DNA of 64,000 nucleotides. It comes from Lama guanicoe. Lineage: Eukaryota. This document shows, in pieces, positions 48,050 through 60,905 of the stretch. Within the stretch, counting starts at the first letter, position 1; each line of letters starts with the position of its first letter. A program made the position numbers and the translations under genes. The notes under the pieces are model-generated. The model was not told the DNA's origin. It ran no database searches and worked only from the letters and a program-made list of their open reading frames with translations. Location of the stretch: positions 806,001-870,000 of the forward strand of contig MU053758.1 of assembly GCA_013239625.1 (NCBI GenBank). The letters run 5' to 3'.

Positions 48050-48900
48050 CTCACTGTTGCTTTCTGAACAGATTTTGGTTTAGACTTCCTGTGAAATCCC
48101 TGAATTGAATAGCTGTGGGTTTCACAAATTACATGCATGTAAACAACCTACCTTTGAAAGGAGGATGTGTAGGCCCTTTCTCCTATGTGCTTATGTCTCT
48201 GTTGTTGTAGATTGGCGTCCTTTGTGAGCTATTCAGTGACATTTCAGAACCATTTCGCTCTGCAGAAAACCCGCAGTTGTGTTTCTTTAGCTGACACTGT
48301 GGCACTTGCACTCGAAATTGCTAGTTAGAAAAAAAAATTGTTGAGGCCGGTGGCTGTAATCAGCGTTGTTGCTGTCTGTTTCCTCAGACTAATAGCAGAG
48401 CGATCCGAGTCTGAGAGTTCAAACAGAGGTTATCTTTCCCAGGTAGCATCTCGTCCAACGAGAATTTGATTTTTTTCTATAGGACTTTACTCCATTAGAT
48501 TAATGAAATTTCAATGAGAGCCTGGCGCCCCCTGAAGCTTTGTTAAGAAAACAAATGGTGATTCTGTAGGTGTGACAGCTTGCTTGGAGAGTTACGAGAA
48601 GGTGAATACATCCCCACAATCCAGGCAGCCTGGAACACATTGATCTCTATTTAAAGCACCAATCGGATTTTTGTTAATTATAAATGATTGATCTGCAGTT
48701 TTTCCCTCTCTCTCCTCTTATATGTGTGGTTCCCCCTCCTTTCCCCACTTCTAACTTCTTTGCATGCTGAGTGCAGAGCTTTTTGTTTAAAGGGACAATC
48801 ATAGAGAGCAAATTATAGCAACACCCAGCAGCGATGCTATTGTGAATGTCATTGTCAGAACGTTCACTGTTCACCGACTGAGGTGAGCTCTGAAGTAGAT
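48050..48900. promoter_or_regulatory. CpG-enriched, repeat-free candidate conserved regulatory element with CTCF motif
   Basis: Many CpGs in an AT-rich background. Minus-strand GCTTCAGGGGGCGC 48525-48538; T-box/MEIS AGGTGTGACAG 48568-48578; ETS ACTTCCTG ~48084. Confidence 0.5.
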
Positions 48901-49510
48901 TTCAAACTGACTCTGTTCTCCCTTTACTTGGATTATTCCTCAAATAAATAATTATTTTAACAAAAATAAAGCATTAGAATCATTAAATAGTATCATAGAC
49001 ATTCCCATTATTATGTTTTAAAATCTGACTCGTGAGCCCTATGAACCAAATATCCTCAATATTAACTCTGAGCCACAGTGTGTACCTTGTACGCACCAGG
49101 ATGTGATGTGTGACCAACCAACCCCGTGTGAGACAACAGGGTGAGTGAAGGTAGTATCTCTGACCTTAAATCTCAATTTATGGGCATTTAGGTGATTAAT
49201 CCACCTTTTATCATCTTTGTGGAGTGGATTTTTAAAATAATGTTTAGAAGTAATACTATACTCAGAAACTGACACATATGTTATTCCTGATAATTGGTCA
49301 CCACACATAGTTCTGAAGAGCACAGAAAAATGTTCCCAGCTTCTTTGTGGACCTCTGTTTAGTGAAAATGTCTGAGCATTAAATGTATTTATTTATTGAC
49401 TACAAAAGCACATAGTTGCCTCTTTGTTATTTATGACATATACAATATATAAAGAAGATCATTCACACAGATCTCAGGAAATGTATTTGTAAAAATTACA
49501 GTTTAACTGC

Positions 49511-49692
49511 AGATAAACAAGTTTCTTCTGTGTAGCACAGGGAACTGTATTCAATATCTTATAGTAACATATAATGAAAAAGAATACAGAAACAAATAAA
49601 TGTGTATATATGTATGACTGAAACATTATGCTGTACACCAGAAATTACAACATTGTAAACTGACTATATTACATTTTTTATGTTAAAAAAAA
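49511..49692 (+). mobile_element. Cetartiodactyl-type (camelid-like) L1 3' end with A-tail
   Basis: 'ataaacaagtttcttctgtgtagcacagggaactgtattcaatatcttatagtaac...atgactgaaacattatgctgtacaccagaaattacaacattgtaaactgactata'. Confidence 0.8.
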
Positions 49693-51709
49693 GTACAGAT
49701 ATTAGTGGGTTACACTGAAAACTACATTGATTTCACAGTTCTAACTCAAACGTAGATTTTTATGAATGTCTTTCTTAAGTTTGAGCCCCTAATTAAGTTC
49801 TAGGACATATCTTTTCAAGTTATAATAATGAATTTAACCTAATATTCTTTTTTTAACTGTCTAAATAATCCACGCAATGCACAAGAGACCTTTTGAGGCC
49901 AAGAATCTTAAAATAGTTTACAATTTTCAGTGACACTCTTCTGAAAAGTCCTCTAGATTAAAAGAAGTATTGCCTCATTTCTTTGGATGGCTTGAAACTT
50001 GTTCATCTCCCTAATGAGTTGTGGTATCACTAATTGTATAAGATAAATTCTCAATAGTGCCTGCCTTTAAAACAACAGTATAAAATGGGCAAGAACCTCA
50101 TGTTTAACATACCAGTCTCCTCATACCCCAAATTTTCTGATGTTTGGAAGAAGTTCTCTCTTGCTTTCTAAATAGATTCTAAGTCTGTAATAATCACCTA
50201 AATATGAAAGGTGCTCTGACCGCATGAGCTGATTATTTAATGATCCTGTAAGTACTCTCTCAGGAATACTCTACTTAAAGTGTAATTTTTGCAATGTAGT
50301 GGGGTTTTTTTTCCAGTATTTAAAAATATTTTTTCTTTATCACTGCTTATTATTTTTATTATAACACTTTTTTAAATTAGCAAAAGTCATTAAGGCACAT
50401 TTATAAATAATTATAACTATGACTTTTTAAATCAGATTTTAAATTAGCCAGAAAACACAGTGTGGCTTTTTTACAAATATTAGCACATCAGAATCGTTGT
50501 TGACGTCAATGTCTAAATAAGTGACCAACGACAACGTTAAGAAATGGTGATCATGGGAAATGCACCAAGTTATTTTTATAACATGTTTCCAAAGGGCTGA
50601 TTTTAGAATGTTTTAATTTTATTCCTGTTGGTTTTGTTTTTGAGTAGCCTAACTAATGATTTTCATTAGTGTATTTGTAATTTATGTGATCTTAGTAGGT
50701 TCTACCAAGGTTAAATAATTTAAGGAAATAAACCTTTATCTGATGTAAGATAGCTAATGAAGTATATTAGATACTTGCCCTATTGCTGTACGAAATGGAT
50801 CTCCAAAGCTAACAACAGCTTTCTGTGGGAACACAAATCTCTGTATAAATATCCAAATGTAGCAAGATGTTGCAAATTTTTAAAGATATGCCATAAAAAT
50901 AGATTAACGCTAGTATGCAGTCCTGTTCAGCTGAATTACAAAGGGATATCATGGGATTGCCAGTGACATTCACATAAATAAAAAATCAATTCTTAATGAT
51001 GAGGCAGACTTGTTTTAGCACATTACCCAGGTTAAATGGGAGCACACAAAGACATCAACTCCTATAAGACTAGTGGAATCATTGTATATTAATATGATTT
51101 AAGGAGCTACACACCTCGATGGAATAATTGTTATTATATCTATAGAGCCAGATGGCACTTGGTGTAAACAGTCATTGAGCACCTCAAACACAAGTGCGGC
51201 AGGTGATCTTTAAGGTGTTCTTGCATCCTACTCACTCATCTTATCATTGGAATCTGCGTTACTGTTTGCAAAATGGTTTGATTCCCAGTATGAAAATTTT
51301 TCAGAATGGTCCTATTGTTCAGTAGGAATACAGAACACAGAATTTCCTTAGCAGGAGAATAGATGAGGCAGCTACCTGGATTTGGGTGGTTAGTACTGTA
51401 TTTTTTTACAAAAAAGGGAACAGAGAGAGTCATTTTTTATTCCAGCACTAGTGGATTTAAAAAGTGGTGTTTTCAGAAAATTTTTTTAATGAATTCATAA
51501 ATTTTCAGTGAAGTGGGCTCTATTAATGACTGTTATCAAAATAACCCTATGCAGGAAACCAAAAGTTATAAAAGTTTGCGTTTCCAAAGTAAAGAGAAAT
51601 CTTAAGTTCTGAGCAGAAGTATCTGTAATTTCTTGTAAAATGTCTTTGTTTTGAAGATTTAAATTGACTTCTAATTCAAAGTATCCAATTAAAGAAAACT
51701 CATTTTTTT

Positions 51710-51810
51710 AACAGTTACTTATTGGAAACTTACTATGTGCCAAGTACTGTGCTAGGTATTAGGGTAAAAACCCCACCTTCATGGAGTTTACATTCCTCCA
51801 GGGGGAGGGG
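51710..51810 (-). mobile_element. L2 3' end fragment
   Basis: 'ttattggaaacttactatgtgccaagtactgtgctaggtattaggg...ccaccttcatggagtttacattcct'. Confidence 0.7.
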
Positions 51811-52659
51811 GGCAATAAATGATATAAGATATGAGAGAAATGGATTAGTGAAAGACAGACCATGTGCTAAGAGTAGGGTAAGATTTGCCTTGTTCCCTTT
51901 AAAAGCATAAAAGAGACCATCTAGAAATAATAAAAGAGGCTGGGAAAGTTCTTATTTATCTTCCAACTTCATCGATCTTGTGAAATTTCTGGTGAGTTAT
52001 CTAATACTACACCTGCTGTTATAGCCTTAGTTCAGTGGCCAGAGTTAAATAGTTGTCATGAGTTCAGTGTAAGCTTAGATTTTCTTGGCTTAAATTAAAT
52101 TTAATAATGTTACATAAATTTTTTATGGTTTGGTTTCTTTCCTTTGATAATAGTATTAAAAAACATATCATCTTTAATTAGAAATAATTCCTAACTTTTT
52201 CCCTTGCTTTACCATGTATAATCCAGGCTTTCTGGTTTCTAAATATAAAGGACATAAAACTAGCTTCATACAGGGATCTTTATCATAGTAGATTCAGTAG
52301 ATTTAGATTTCTAAATATATAAAACAGATTTTCCAAGTATCTAAAATATAAGATATTCATCAAACTTTCAGCATCTCATAAATTAACCCTTTTGTTCCCT
52401 AATGACAAAGTTCATCTTAATCTATAAAATATATCCCCCACACCACTCCATGCTGCTATTGACTAACTCCTGGATTTTAAACTAATGTTCAGTTCTTCAC
52501 CAGAAGTAGTTTATCGTATAACTGCAGCTGCTCTTCAGATGGAACATAGTACACTCTGTGAAATATTCCTTTAGTTTACATGAAAAGCTAAAATTCATTT
52601 TGTAATATGGCATAGTCTTCATTCAGGTTTATCTTTGGTTAAATACTAAGAATCAAAAA

Positions 52660-52830
52660 TATATGTGCTTATTGCTACATAGAAAAAATATTGAAAGGCT
52701 GTGCTTCAAAGTGTTAATAATGGCTACAGTTTATAACATAATATTAAGGATAATATTTACTCTTTTCTTTGCATTTTTCTGTATTTCAATTTTTTCTGCA
52801 ATAACCTTGAATTCCTTTTGTAATAAAAAA
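52660..52830 (+). mobile_element. L1ME-type 3' end fragment
   Basis: 'catagaaaaaatattgaaaggctgtgcttcaaagtgttaataatggcta...tttttctgtatttcaatttttttctgcaataac...ttttgtaataaaaaaa'. Confidence 0.6.
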
Positions 52831-55800
52831 AATCTCATTTTTTGAAAGCTAAAGGAGCCTAAAATTGATATTTTTACTTAACACAAAACCTCATAGCTGG
52901 CAAGTGTATGCAGATCAGTTCTGCAGATAATACAAGATAGTAGAAATCAGCAAGCATCACGATTTAGATAATGCCATGAATTACTAATTTTACCTATTTC
53001 TGTTTCATTGTGCTACTTGAAAAGTGCCATGCAAAATTTGACCAATCTATCCTTTTTTTAATTTCGAAGACATCAAACTTCCTTTTTAAAAAATAGTACA
53101 CCGGGACATTTCTATAGCAACATGCCAGATAAACCAAATTTCAGAAGGAAACATGTTTTTAATTTCAGGCCTTTGAATGTGGTGTTGCTCGTAAGGATGA
53201 GTATTTATGAATGTATAAGAAAAAAAGAGGGTTGGAAACTTTATTTCTTTTAACAGTCAACAATATTTAGCCTATCAGAATGCTTAAATGGATAAACATT
53301 CCTACTGTTTTAATTTTGAATATAGATTGTCTCGTGCTGATGGGAAGTATTGTTAATTTTAATAAAATTAACTTTATATTGTTATTTCACCGCTTTATAA
53401 TAATTTTACACGGCGCCCTGGGGATGCCTCTGTTTTACATTATCAGGTGTCACATTTGCCATTTGGTTGGTATAGCAGCGTTCAGCTTCACTTCTCTATT
53501 CGATTGCCTGAAGCCACACTGTTCACGTTACATTAAAAGTAGCTATATTACACTGCACAAGTTTATATACTTTTATTTTATATGTGTATATCATTTTTGT
53601 ATTTTCTTAAAATCATTGTTTTATGCTATTTCCCAGCATTCCTGTTGCTTGCCTTTAGGTAGGCACAGTTATGATAACAAGTTGGCTAAGACACCTTAGC
53701 AGTCTGCCTCAAGTGCTAACACGTTTAAATTTATTTTCAGTCTGGTAGTCAGCCACAATTTTGATACAATCTTAGCGAGTATTTCATTGTTTTTGGTAAG
53801 AGTTATAGCTTGATAAATCTATTAAAATATAACTTTTTACATAGAGTTATTGCAATTTAAAAATAAGGGGAAATCATTGACAACTTTCATAACTCACTGT
53901 ATGTCAGACAGATCACTCAGAGATAATGAATCAGAACATGCCTCTGTTAAATGTTACCACTTGGCTTAAACTCTCCCAGGAATTCATAGAAATCAGACAG
54001 ACTAGCAAACAATCAGTAAAATAATTGAGTATTTGTCAAATTAAACACCACTGTTACTAAATACACAGTTGTTAAATTAAAGATATACCAGTCCCTCTTG
54101 ACTAGGTCGTTTTTACATTTTATTTTTTTTTTAATGTCAGTTTATGGCATAGCTTTGAGTTTTGTCTACTTTGAGTTGTTCTATTACCTACTTTTATCAT
54201 GCTGCTATTTAAGGTCTAAGAGTGTGCTAAGACATTTTGGTTAGCTGTGTCAAATATTTATTGTGGACAATTCAAGATATGCATTTTAAAATAGAGTTTC
54301 TTTTTTACTGGAGTTTGTGTATGTATGTTGATAAACAAGCTGGTCTCTTGTTGAGACCTTATGTGCAGCTGGCTGTTATTTGATTGATAACTAATGATCC
54401 CTATAATCTGAGGAGCATTTAACTGATAACTGATAACAAACAGACTAATCAATTTAACCTTCCCTTAGTACTTCATAGTCAAAAACTGCATAAAAATGAG
54501 CACTGAGGGGTTTCTATAAAAATATGCTATATATTGGGATTTTTGTTTTTCAGAAAATGCTCCCTTTTTTCTTTTCTTACCAAAACTTCTGTGTAATAGA
54601 AATTATGTTTCTGCTTTGAATTTTACCATTATTCCATGTTATTAGCAACCATGTATCACTTCCTTCACATCTTCAAGTTTAATATTTGGTGTACACTCTT
54701 TTAGTTAGAATCTTGGAACAAAATATTATATAATAGTCTTAGTTTTGTTTCTACTCAATAAATATAATTGCCCTGCCATTCTCTGAAAGGTAAGTTGCTT
54801 ATTGGATACATATTTCATTTTCTGTTACTGTGAAATTTGTGCATTTGGGGGTTGTTGCTGACTATAGGTAATGAAAATGTGGAACCAGGTGTAAGAGTCT
54901 GTTTGAGTTGTGGCACTGATACAATTTGCCAAGTGACTTTGATGAAGTAATTAAAATTATCTAGCTAATTGAGATGAGCTGTATGAAGAGGAATTATGGG
55001 GGGAGGCGCAATTATTAAGCCGATTTCATGCCAAAAAGAATTCTTGCTCTTGAGAAAGAAGTGTATGTGTTTGTTATGAGGATATTGTAGATGTTGGTTG
55101 TAAATATTGTGTGCCTACTGAATGCCTATGTAGCCTAGATCCACTTGGTAATTCCTAGTTGGCTGTTTGCCTCTGGGTGGAATTCATAGACTTTATGTTT
55201 GCTTTTCTATTTCAAATATTTAGAGATCCTACATGTGCCATTTGAAAAGTCATATCTATGCCATTACAAAGGCGGTGTTACAGAGAACTTCTTGTAAAAA
55301 TTTAGCAGGACATGGAAAGAATTTGAGGTTAAAACTAGTTTTCATAATCCCCATTCTGAGCCAAAATTGGAGGCAAGTGACCCACAATGTATACAATTTA
55401 ATGGCTATTAATATATTTCTGAATTTTTAGAGGAAAGTTTAATGGGAAAAGATTTTATGAAGTCTCTGAATGTAGGTAATTTGAATCATGTTTATAAATA
55501 TTTTACCTACCTTGAATAGATGATTCGTTTTGTTCAACAACAATTTCAGACTAGCTAATGTGGCAATATAAATATGAATGTTTAGAGAAGCATTTTTTTC
55601 TTTATATGGTAAATATGTGATTAGTAATGATTTCCTTTACGAAATTTTTTTTTAATGGCACATTGCTTTATAAAGAAAATGGAGTTAAGTCTGAAGAATT
55701 ACATAATGAAATCTTCTGGGAATATGTGGTTTAGGTATAATTACAAAAGTGAAAGTGTATAATTTACTTGCATAATGCCTTTCACTGAAGGTTATGAAAA

Positions 55801-56139
55801 TAAGTCTTATGATGTACTCCGGGCTTCAGGTTTCTTATATGCCTCCCTATATAATTGAAACAACTTCCCTGCTATGGTCTAACAATAGCCCTACATCCCA
55901 AAATACCTGAAATTTAGCATCATGTAGCAAATTTTCTGAATAAGGTAACATAAATAATGCCTCTTTTGTCTTTCTCTTAATTAATTGTTTATATGTTTCC
56001 TCCTTCCACCAAGCATTTGAGGTAGATAGCCCTCTCCACCTTTTTGAAGACTTTTACTCAAGCTATATAACTACTAATTATCAAAAATTAAAATTGCACC
56101 AAAAAAAAAATACAAACACACACACACGCAAATTGTAAC

Positions 56140-56365
56140 CATTTGAGAGCCCTGTTAGTGCTAAGCCTTGTACCAGCTGATTTCCATATAATATCTCATT
56201 TTAACTTTCACAGTAATTCTTTAAGCTAGATATTACCAACCCATCTGTTTTACAGATGAGGCAACTAAGACTTGGAGAGGTAAATAACTTTTCCAAGACC
56301 ATATTACTCAGCTGTGGCAAAGCAGGAATGTTAATTTACATCTGACTCCAAAAGTAGATCTCTGA
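56140..56365 (-). mobile_element. MIR SINE
   Basis: 'atctcattttaactttcacagtaattct...ttttacagatgaggcaactaagacttggagaggtaaataacttttccaagacca...tctgactccaaaa'. Confidence 0.8.
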
Positions 56366-56608
56366 GAAGATGAACAGAGTAAGGAATGACATTCAGAATT
56401 CCTGTCTCCCATTATCACTATAAAGTTTTTCTTAATGGCTTTTATGGAGTAAAAGTGGAGTAAAGATGAATGTTAAAAGCACAGCATTTGTTTAGGGCCA
56501 AAAGATCAAAAGGGCTCATGGGAAATGCTGACATATGGGCTCCCTTTTTCTCTCTAGACCCAGCATGACCAGCAAAAGGAGTTGGCATGATATAAAGGAG
56601 AGTAGGTG

Positions 56609-57795
56609 TTTAATATAGTCCCACTTATTGAGTTTTTGCTTTTGTTGCTTTTGGTGTCATATCCAAAAAAATTGTTATCAAGCCCAATGTCAAGGAGCTT
56701 TTTCCCTATGTTTCCTTCTAAGAGTTGTATGGTTTCAGGTCTTATGTTTAAATCTTTAATTCATTTAGTTAACTTGCAAACCATACATCTGATAAGGGGT
56801 TAATACTCAAAATAAATAAAGAACTCATACAACTCAACAACAACAACAACAACAACCTCAAATCAATTAGAAAATGAGCAGAGGGACTGAATAGACATTT
56901 TTCAAAAAGAGACATACACATAGCCAACAGGTATGTGAAAAGATGCTCAACGTTACTGATCATCAGGGAAATGCAAATCAAAACCATAGTGAGATGTTAT
57001 CTCACAACTATTAGAATGGCTATTATTAAAAAGACAACAAATAACAAGTGTTGGCAAGTTTGTGGAGAACAGGGAACCATGGATCGTTGTTGGTAGGAAT
57101 GTAAATTGGTACAGGCATTGTGGAAAACAGTACAGAGATTTTTCAAAGAACTAAAAATAGAACTACCATATGACCCAGCAGTCCCACTTCTGGGTATATA
57201 GTCAAAGGAAATGAAAAAAGTATCACACAGAGGTGTCTGTACTTATCTGTTTATTGCAACATCATTCACAATAGCCAAGATATGGAAACAATCTAAGTGT
57301 CTATCAACCGATAAATGGATAAAAGATGTGAAAGATATATATATGAAATTTGAGGGCATTATGCTAAATTAAATACGTCAGAAAAAGAAAGACATTATAT
57401 ACAAGTATATAATAACTTATATGTGGAATCTAAAAACACTGAACTCATAGAAACAGGGAATAGAATGGTGGTTACCAGCGGCTTTGGGTAGGGTGGTCAA
57501 AGGGTACAAAATTCCAGTTAGAAGATGAGTAAGTCCTGGGTATCTAATGCACAGCATTGTGATTATAATTAATGATACTGTCTTATATACTTGAAAGTTG
57601 CTAAGAGAGTAGATCTTAAGTATACTCACAACAAAAAAGAAATAGAAATTACATGATGTGATGGAGATGTTAGAAAATGCTACCTACTATGGTGATCATT
57701 TTGCAATACATAAGTGTATCAAATCAACACATTGTATACCTTAAGCCTACACAATGTTATATGTCAATTATATCTCTATAAATCTGGAAGGAAAA
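56609..57795 (+). mobile_element. L1MA-type LINE, 5'-truncated with 5' inversion, 15-bp TSD
   Basis: Sense L1 ORF2 end/3'UTR from ~56773 ('ttgcaaaccatacatctgataagggg...catcagggaaatgcaaatcaaaacca...tgtcaattatatctc'). 56609-~56770 is antisense L1. TSD AAAGGAGAGTAGGTG 56594-56608 and AAAGGAAAGTAGGTG 57796-57810. Confidence 0.92.
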
Positions 57796-58890
57796 AAAGG
57801 AAAGTAGGTGGAAATAAGCCTTTGCACTCCTCTCCTAGAATCACTTCTCCCATCTTATTCACTACTTACTCAGAAATGGCTCGAATATTTTGCTAAATGC
57901 TTCTTTTCCCGTCCCTAACAACATTGTAAAATCAAGCAAATACTCCAAAAGAATATTCAGAGATGGCTGTGAAGATTTGGAAAGCTTAGAGAGTGAGTAT
58001 ACTGAAAGCATAAAAAATGGCCCTCCCTTTGTGTCAGTAGAGGCCTCAGGCTTACTAGGAGAGAACTCTCCATTTAATTGCTTTGCAGGCTAATCTATAC
58101 CTCCATGTCTTGCAATATGACTTCCATAAATCTCAAGCAACTAAGAATTTCGGTATGCACTGCCCGCCATCTGATGCTGAAAACTACTGATCTGGTAACT
58201 TGATCAGAGTTTAATGACTACTGTGAGGGATTTTTGTTGAGCTGTGAACAAACCCAAATTCTTTCAATCATATCATGTGTGTCTGTGCCAGACTCTTTGG
58301 CAGCCCATGAAAGCCAGGTCCTCCCAGATTTGGCTAAAGTCCAGTTTTCTTTAAGATTTCCAAGCTTCCAGAAATGCTAAAATATATACTGGTTGACACA
58401 GATATCATGTCCTCTAGTGTAAGGTGAGAGTGAAATTGTCACAATGTCTGAATCCCTGAGTTACTTATAGAAAAGGGACATATCTAATATTAGTGTGTTT
58501 TTTCCCACACTGGGCCAATTGTGCTTTTCAGAAGCAATTTATGATCATGGTGATAGAGTACATCTGAACATAGAAGTCACCTATGTATTCACATTCAAGC
58601 CTGCTTCACAGATGACCACTGCCAGAATTGGCAGAGCCCTGCATAGGCCCACGTGCCTCTGAGTACACTGAAAGGAATGACTATTTCATAAATAACCTAT
58701 GCTAAGATGGCAAACAATTTTTCCTGCATGTTCGGACAACTACCCATGAGTGGTCTGCTTCAGTGTTTCAAACTCACCATGAAGTTTCTATTTGACTTAG
58801 AATGTCTTGAAGAAACTGACCTCCACAAATTATTCCTTATCTTTATTAGCAGTTATAAATGACCTATAAATGACCTACTGTAAAATATAC

Positions 58891-58908
58891 ATATATATAT
58901 ATATATAT
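58891..58908. repeat. (AT)9 microsatellite
   Basis: Read directly. Confidence 0.9.
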
Positions 58909-59654
58909 AAAAGATCTCTTCATTAAAATCAGAGCAACTACCAATGTTTGCCATAAATGGTGTTGGGCTGGCTAAACAACAGGTTGGTAGCTCCCACTAG
59001 GAGAATGGACCATGTTGGATTTAGTTAAGCAGAAGCAGAAGGCAGGGGAAAAGTAACAGGAAGATATAGGGATGTGAAAGGGAGGGAGCAGCTGGTTTTC
59101 CCGTGAGCTGAGTTTGAGCTGGGCAAACAATTTCAAAGTTACGTTCAAGGTGTTCAACCTAGAAGATCAAAATAGACTCAATAATGATGTTCAAAGGCCT
59201 ATGGTACGAGTCTAGGGCATTCACCTGGGAGTTCCATGTGGGATGGGGGGAGGCGGAGTCTAGTCTTAGAGAAGAAGGCTGGCTGGAGTCCCCTTTCTAC
59301 CCTGGCTGGAGTCAAGCCCATAGGGAACTAGTTAGGTACAAGAAGTCCAGACAGAGGGCTAATTAGGCAGACACAGAGCACACTGTCCTCCTGACACCTG
59401 AGTTACTTCCCTACCCTTAGGGAAATGGAAGGGAGCAGCAGCTTGTAACCTGCCCTCACTTGCAACTGTGGATGAGTGTATTCAGGAACCAGTGAGACCT
59501 CACCCCTGCCTGCCCTCAGATTTCAGTTATCACCAGTCAGCCAAGTCAACAAACATTTGATTGCCTCTATGTGGGTCTTATTATCCCATGCCTGCTGCAT
59601 CTTATTATTATAAGCACCTATAGTCAAGCAGAGTTTGAAAGGGTTTTAAAAAAA

Positions 59655-59757
59655 AAGCATTCCCCAAGTCAGAGCAACAGGGCTTTGAACTGAGATTTGA
59701 ACCCAAGTAGTCTGACTCCAGAGTTAATCTGGCTTTATCCACTATGTTATGCTACCT
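59655..59757 (-). mobile_element. MIR 5' fragment
   Basis: 'ctgagatttgaacccaagtagtctgactccagag...tatccactatgttatgctacct'. Confidence 0.7.
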
Positions 59758-60744
59758 TAATCATATGCACTTAAATTTTAGATACAATTTTAAACAGAGC
59801 TTCCCTTAGGAAACTTCCTCTGTTCTCTATCATAGTCCACCCTAATCACAGTTTTTCTCTGTGTCCTCTCATCTGTTATGTATTTTCTCTAAAGAGTCTA
59901 AACTCTTTACTTCTCACTGTTGTTAATGCTGCCTTGGAGTTCTTCTCAAGTCATTTAAGATACATAATTATTTTGATGACCTTGACAAAATTGTGAGCTC
60001 CAAAATGGTCTCAGATGTGTTTCTTACTATAGTTCACTTATTTACTGGAGCTACAGACAGAGACAGCATGCGAAACCCACCAGCTCTTAAGGGTCTACTA
60101 AGTGCTGTTTTAGTCACCCTGTCCAGGGGAATCAAGGAAGACTTACTCCTGCAAGGTCCTCAAGCCAAGGATCCCAAATATTTGATAGTTTGGATAACTC
60201 ATTATGTTTCATGATTAACAATGGAATTTTGAGTGGTAGGGGAAACTCATTTGCTTGGAGCAGGAGTCTCTTGACATTGTAATTATCTATATTTTAGAAA
60301 ACAGCCGATGTGTCTGGGCCAAAACTTTATTGGTATTTCTGTGTTTAGATAATTATTAGATCATATTCTGTCCCTAAAATAGGAACTTGACTCTCCCAAA
60401 CATCTTGTTAACTAAAAATTTCATTCTTTTATGACTACTTTAGAGATCTTACAGTACTTGCTCTTTTTTAGCCAAATTAAGAAAATAATTACAAAGAATT
60501 ACAAAATGCTAAGGGTGGATAGTGTTTTATAGTTATTGTTTCCTCAAATGGGTGGTTTTGCACGCAGCAGAGGAGCACAAAAATTATGCAGTTTTTCTTA
60601 CAGAAAAATAAAACCAGTTTCTTGGTGTGGTTTTGCAGTGTGTTCACATTGAGGGGAGCTGGTGAAGGAACTCTGTACCACTTTAGCAACTTTCCTGAAA
60701 AACCTAAAATCATATTAAAAGTTTTTTTTTAAGCCATTAATTTG

Positions 60745-60905
60745 GGTAGAGGTGAGGAGTGAATGGGGAATAGAGGAAATAGGATTGGCCGTGAGTTGAA
60801 TTGGCCATGAATTGTTGAAGCTATAATAATTGGTGATAGGTACAAGAGGTTTGTTATATTATTTTCTCTACACTTGTACATGTTTGAACTTTTTATGATA
60901 ATGTT
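60745..60905 (+). mobile_element. L1MC-type 3' end fragment
   Basis: 'aggattggccgtgagttga...ttgttgaagct...ggtgataggtacaagaggtttgttatattattttctctac...atgtttgaactttt'. Confidence 0.65.

Noticed and set aside
56606..57896. ORFs 56606, 56769, 57417 and 57714
   Set aside because: Typical translations of L1 3' sequence, mostly antisense to the element.
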